DNA of 32,000 nt from contig NZ_CP047931.1 of assembly GCF_014280175.1 (NCBI RefSeq), forward strand, positions 1,890,001 through 1,922,000. Direction: 5' to 3'. Within the stretch, counting starts at the first letter, position 1. Each line of letters opens with the position of its first letter. The stretch comes from Synechococcus sp. A15-28 (GTDB taxonomy: Bacteria; Cyanobacteriota; Cyanobacteriia; PCC-6307; Cyanobiaceae). Shown here piece after piece: positions 29,334-32,000 of this stretch. Both the position numbers and the translations under genes were made by a program. A model generated the notes under the pieces. It was not told the origin of the DNA and ran no database searches. It was given only the letters and a program-made list of their open reading frames with translations.

Positions 29334-30596
29334 ATGCCGCGCTCGGCCCTGAAGCCGCTGCTGGTGGGGGTTCTGGCCTTGCTGCTCCTGTTCAGCGCCC
29401 CAACGGGGGTTGCCGCCCTGCCGGGATGGCTCAACCGCGGCCAAGCAGCGGAAGGACCCATTCCAAGCGAGGGCCCCTCAGGACGTCTGCAGGAAGTGGC
29501 CCCACCGGGAGCTGTTCAGCAGCTGAAGCGCCAACTGACCGGACGGCACCCCCAGCTGACGCTGATCAGCCCCGCCGATGACGGCGTGATCAACAGCGAT
29601 GGCGTGGAACTGGTCCTGGCGGTGCAGGACTGGCCGGTGAGCCGGGATCCGGACTTGGGGATCGGCCCCCATGTGGTCGTGCAGGTCGATGACCGTCCGC
29701 TCATCCGAGTCGATCAACTCACCGATGGAGAGGTGCGGTTGGACCTCGATGACCTGACGCCGGGAAGTCATCGATTCAGCGCCTGGGCCGCCTACCCATG
29801 GGGGGAGGCTGTCACGGCCCCGGGCGGATCCGTTCAAGGGCGACTGCACCTCTGGCAACGGCTGAACGAAACCCAGCCATCGGCGGATGCCCCCTGGGTC
29901 GTGCCCGTCCCACCCGCAGATCAAAAGAACCAGCAACCGTTAATGCTGGATTGGCTGATCTGGAATGCCCCACTTCAGAACCTTCGCGATGGAGACGGCC
30001 GCTGGCGCATCCGCATCAGCGTTGATGGAGACAGCTTTCTGACGGACCACCAAGAAGCGATTTGGCTGAAAGGGAGCGGCAGCCAGGGCACCACTCTCCA
30101 GGTGGAGTTGCTGAATGGTCAGGGCGAACCCCTGCAGCCCGTCTTCAACAATCGTCTGGTTCGGTTGGAGGACGGCAGTCGTCACCGGCCCGTCTGGCTG
30201 AAGCCCCGCCTGAATGAGGATGAACTGGAGCGCCTAAGCGGAAGTCCCCAGCAGGAGCGAGTCAAACCTGAACCCTCATCGGATGACAGTCCCGAACTGA
30301 ACGAAGAAGCCGAACTTGAACCTGAACAAAAGGCAGAGGAAGAAAAAACAGACGTCACTCCTGAGCAAGTCGACACCTCAAGCCAGAATTTCAAATCTGA
30401 CCTTGAGCCGGCAACCGTTGAAGAGGCCGACCCAGACCCCGTGATCGCCCCGAGCCAGGAGCCATCGCTGGCCTTGGAGCCCGAACCGGAACCCGTTCCG
30501 ATGCACCAATCGGAACCTCTGCTGCGCCCGGAATCCAGCCTGGGAGGATCAGCCCGGGAGCTGCTGAATCCGGATGGACGTCTCAAGCAGCCCTGA
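29334..30596 (+). CDS. Hypothetical exported or membrane-anchored protein
   Basis: Signal-like MPRSALKPLLVGVLALLLLFSAPTGVAALPGW, low-complexity Glu/Pro-rich C-terminus. Confidence 0.6.
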   Translation: MPRSALKPLLVGVLALLLLFSAPTGVAALPGWLNRGQAAEGPIPSEGPSGRLQEVAPPGAVQQLKRQLTGRHPQLTLISPADDGVINSDGVELVLAVQDWPVSRDPDLGIGPHVVVQVDDRPLIRVDQLTDGEVRLDLDDLTPGSHRFSAWAAYPWGEAVTAPGGSVQGRLHLWQRLNETQPSADAPWVVPVPPADQKNQQPLMLDWLIWNAPLQNLRDGDGRWRIRISVDGDSFLTDHQEAIWLKGSGSQGTTLQVELLNGQGEPLQPVFNNRLVRLEDGSRHRPVWLKPRLNEDELERLSGSPQQERVKPEPSSDDSPELNEEAELEPEQKAEEEKTDVTPEQVDTSSQNFKSDLEPATVEEADPDPVIAPSQEPSLALEPEPEPVPMHQSEPLLRPESSLGGSARELLNPDGRLKQP

Positions 30597-30709
30597 GCCA
30601 CTCCCTGCCAGCGCCCGCCCTGACTTCGCCCAAACCACAGACGCATCACTCCGGCATCGGCATCGGCCTGTCCGCCGCCAGCCAACCGCTGCTGGATCGC
30701 CTGTTGCAA

Positions 30710-32000
30710 AGCGGTGAGATCCATAAGTCCTTCCGCGCGGATGGGGCGATCAAAGAGACACTCATCGATCACTGGCGGGAGGGAGAAACCCTCTTGTTCA
30801 TTGGCGCGGTCGGGGCCGTGACCCGGCTGATCGCCCCTCTGCTTCAAGGCAAGGAGCAGGATCCAGCCGTTCTTGTCCTCGATCCGAAGGGGCAGTGGGT
30901 CATCCCGTTGCTCGGGGGCCACAGCAGCGGCGCCGAGCAACGGGCGCGGGAACTGGCGCAGATGCTGCAGGCCAGCGCCGTACTCACCGGAGCCTGTGCC
31001 ACGGAGCAACGCCTGGCGTTGGATGCCTTCGGTGAGGGCTGGGGCTGGCGGCGTGGTGGCAGCAGCGCTGCCTGGCGGGAGTTGATGCAGAGGCAGGCCT
31101 GCGCAGAGCGATCGACCGTCTCCCAGACCTGTGGCGCCGTCGATTGGCAGCAGCAACACCCATGGCTGGACAGCGCGGCCAGTGCCGCGGACGCGCAGCT
31201 GAGTATCGGCGCCGACAACCTGGCCCCCTGCCGCTGGCATCCCACCAGCCTCTGGCTGGGGGTGGGCTGTGAACGCGACACCAGCCTGGAGCTGGTGCAA
31301 CGGGCGATCAGAGACGTCCTGGATCAGGGGGGACTGGCGGAGGATGCTGTAGCCGGCCTGGCCAGCATCGATCGCAAAGCGGATGAGCCAGCTCTACTGG
31401 CGTTGATCCAGCAACAGCAATGGTGCTTCCGCACCTACGGCGCAACGGATCTGGCATCGGTCACTGTGCCCACCCCATCCGAGGTGGTGCGCGCCGAGAT
31501 GGGAACCGCCTCGGTGGCGGAGGCGGCAGCCCTGCTGGCTGCTGGAGAGGGAGCTGCCCTGCGGCAAAGCAAGGTGATTCGACATGCCGGCCCCGGTGAA
31601 AAGGGTGCAGTCACCGTGGCGGTGGCGGAAGCACGCCTCCCCTTCGCCCCGTCGCGGGGTGAACTGCATCTGATCGGCAGTGGCCCTGGGGATCCGTCCC
31701 TGCTCAGTGGTGATGCCCGCCAGGCCCTCGCCCGCTGCACGGCCTGGGTGGGCTACGGGCTCTATCTCGATCTCCTCGAACCCCTGCGACAGGTGCATCA
31801 GGTACGGCTGGACGGCCAGCTCACCCGCGAATGGGACCGCTGTGCCAAGGCGCTGAGCCTGGCGCAGCAGGGGGCACGGGTCGCCCTGATCTCATCAGGG
31901 GACAGCGGGATTTACGGCATGGCCGGGCTGGCCCTGGAGTTGTGGCTGCAGCAGCCGGAACAGGACCGGCCGACCTTTCAGGTGCATCCGGGTATCTCCG
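30710..32000 (+). CDS. cobJ: Cobalamin biosynthesis CbiG/CobJ fusion-like protein, truncated at the 3' window edge (start uncertain)
   Basis: Frame open to the window end: IKETLIDHWREGETLLFIGAVGAVTRLIAPLLQ...VIPLLGGHSSGAEQRARELA (CbiG), then GELHLIGSGPGDPSLLSGDARQALARCTAWVGYGLYLDLL...LISSGDSGIYGMAGLALEL (precorrin methyltransferase). No ATG or GTG found in frame; 30710 TTG used as a placeholder. Confidence 0.85.

Noticed and set aside
30182-31300. Minus-strand ORF of 372 aa
   Set aside because: Antisense to the hypothetical exported protein and the CbiG-like coding region; likely a shadow ORF.

Overview
The window looks like a marine Synechococcus-type cyanobacterial chromosome. Support comes from psaI-psaL, psaA-psaB and a CbiG/CobJ-like cobalamin gene, with high-GC coding throughout the backbone. 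A putative integrated defence or mobile island occupies the left ~14.9 kb. The island has two parts. (A) A tightly packed plus-strand operon at ~1-11048: a YprA/DruE-like helicase C-terminal half with a DUF1998-type region and a Vsr/DUF559-like nuclease tail (truncated at the window's left edge); an SNF2-family helicase resembling DISARM DrmD; a large Eco57I/PglX-like N6-adenine methyltransferase resembling DrmMI; and a GHKL ATPase flanked by STAS-like domains, which starts 1 bp after the methyltransferase stop. This set fits the DISARM/Druantia-related ARMADA-like class better than canonical DISARM. The GHKL-STAS gene is the most unusual component. (B) An AT-rich minus-strand module at ~11067-14766: AlpA-like regulator, tyrosine integrase, a coupled small ORF, further small ORFs, a zinc-ribbon protein and a possible RmuC tail remnant. 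Downstream of it lie repeated TGTGGGGGAA boxes and a possible tRNA-Ser 3'-end fragment that may be the attachment site. From ~14975 onward the content is ordinary backbone: serine hydrolase, NlpC/P60 peptidase, family 2 glycosyltransferase, psaI/psaL, RND transporter, sulfotransferase-like protein, psaB/psaA and cobalamin biosynthesis. All assignments come from reading motifs by eye; no database search was run.
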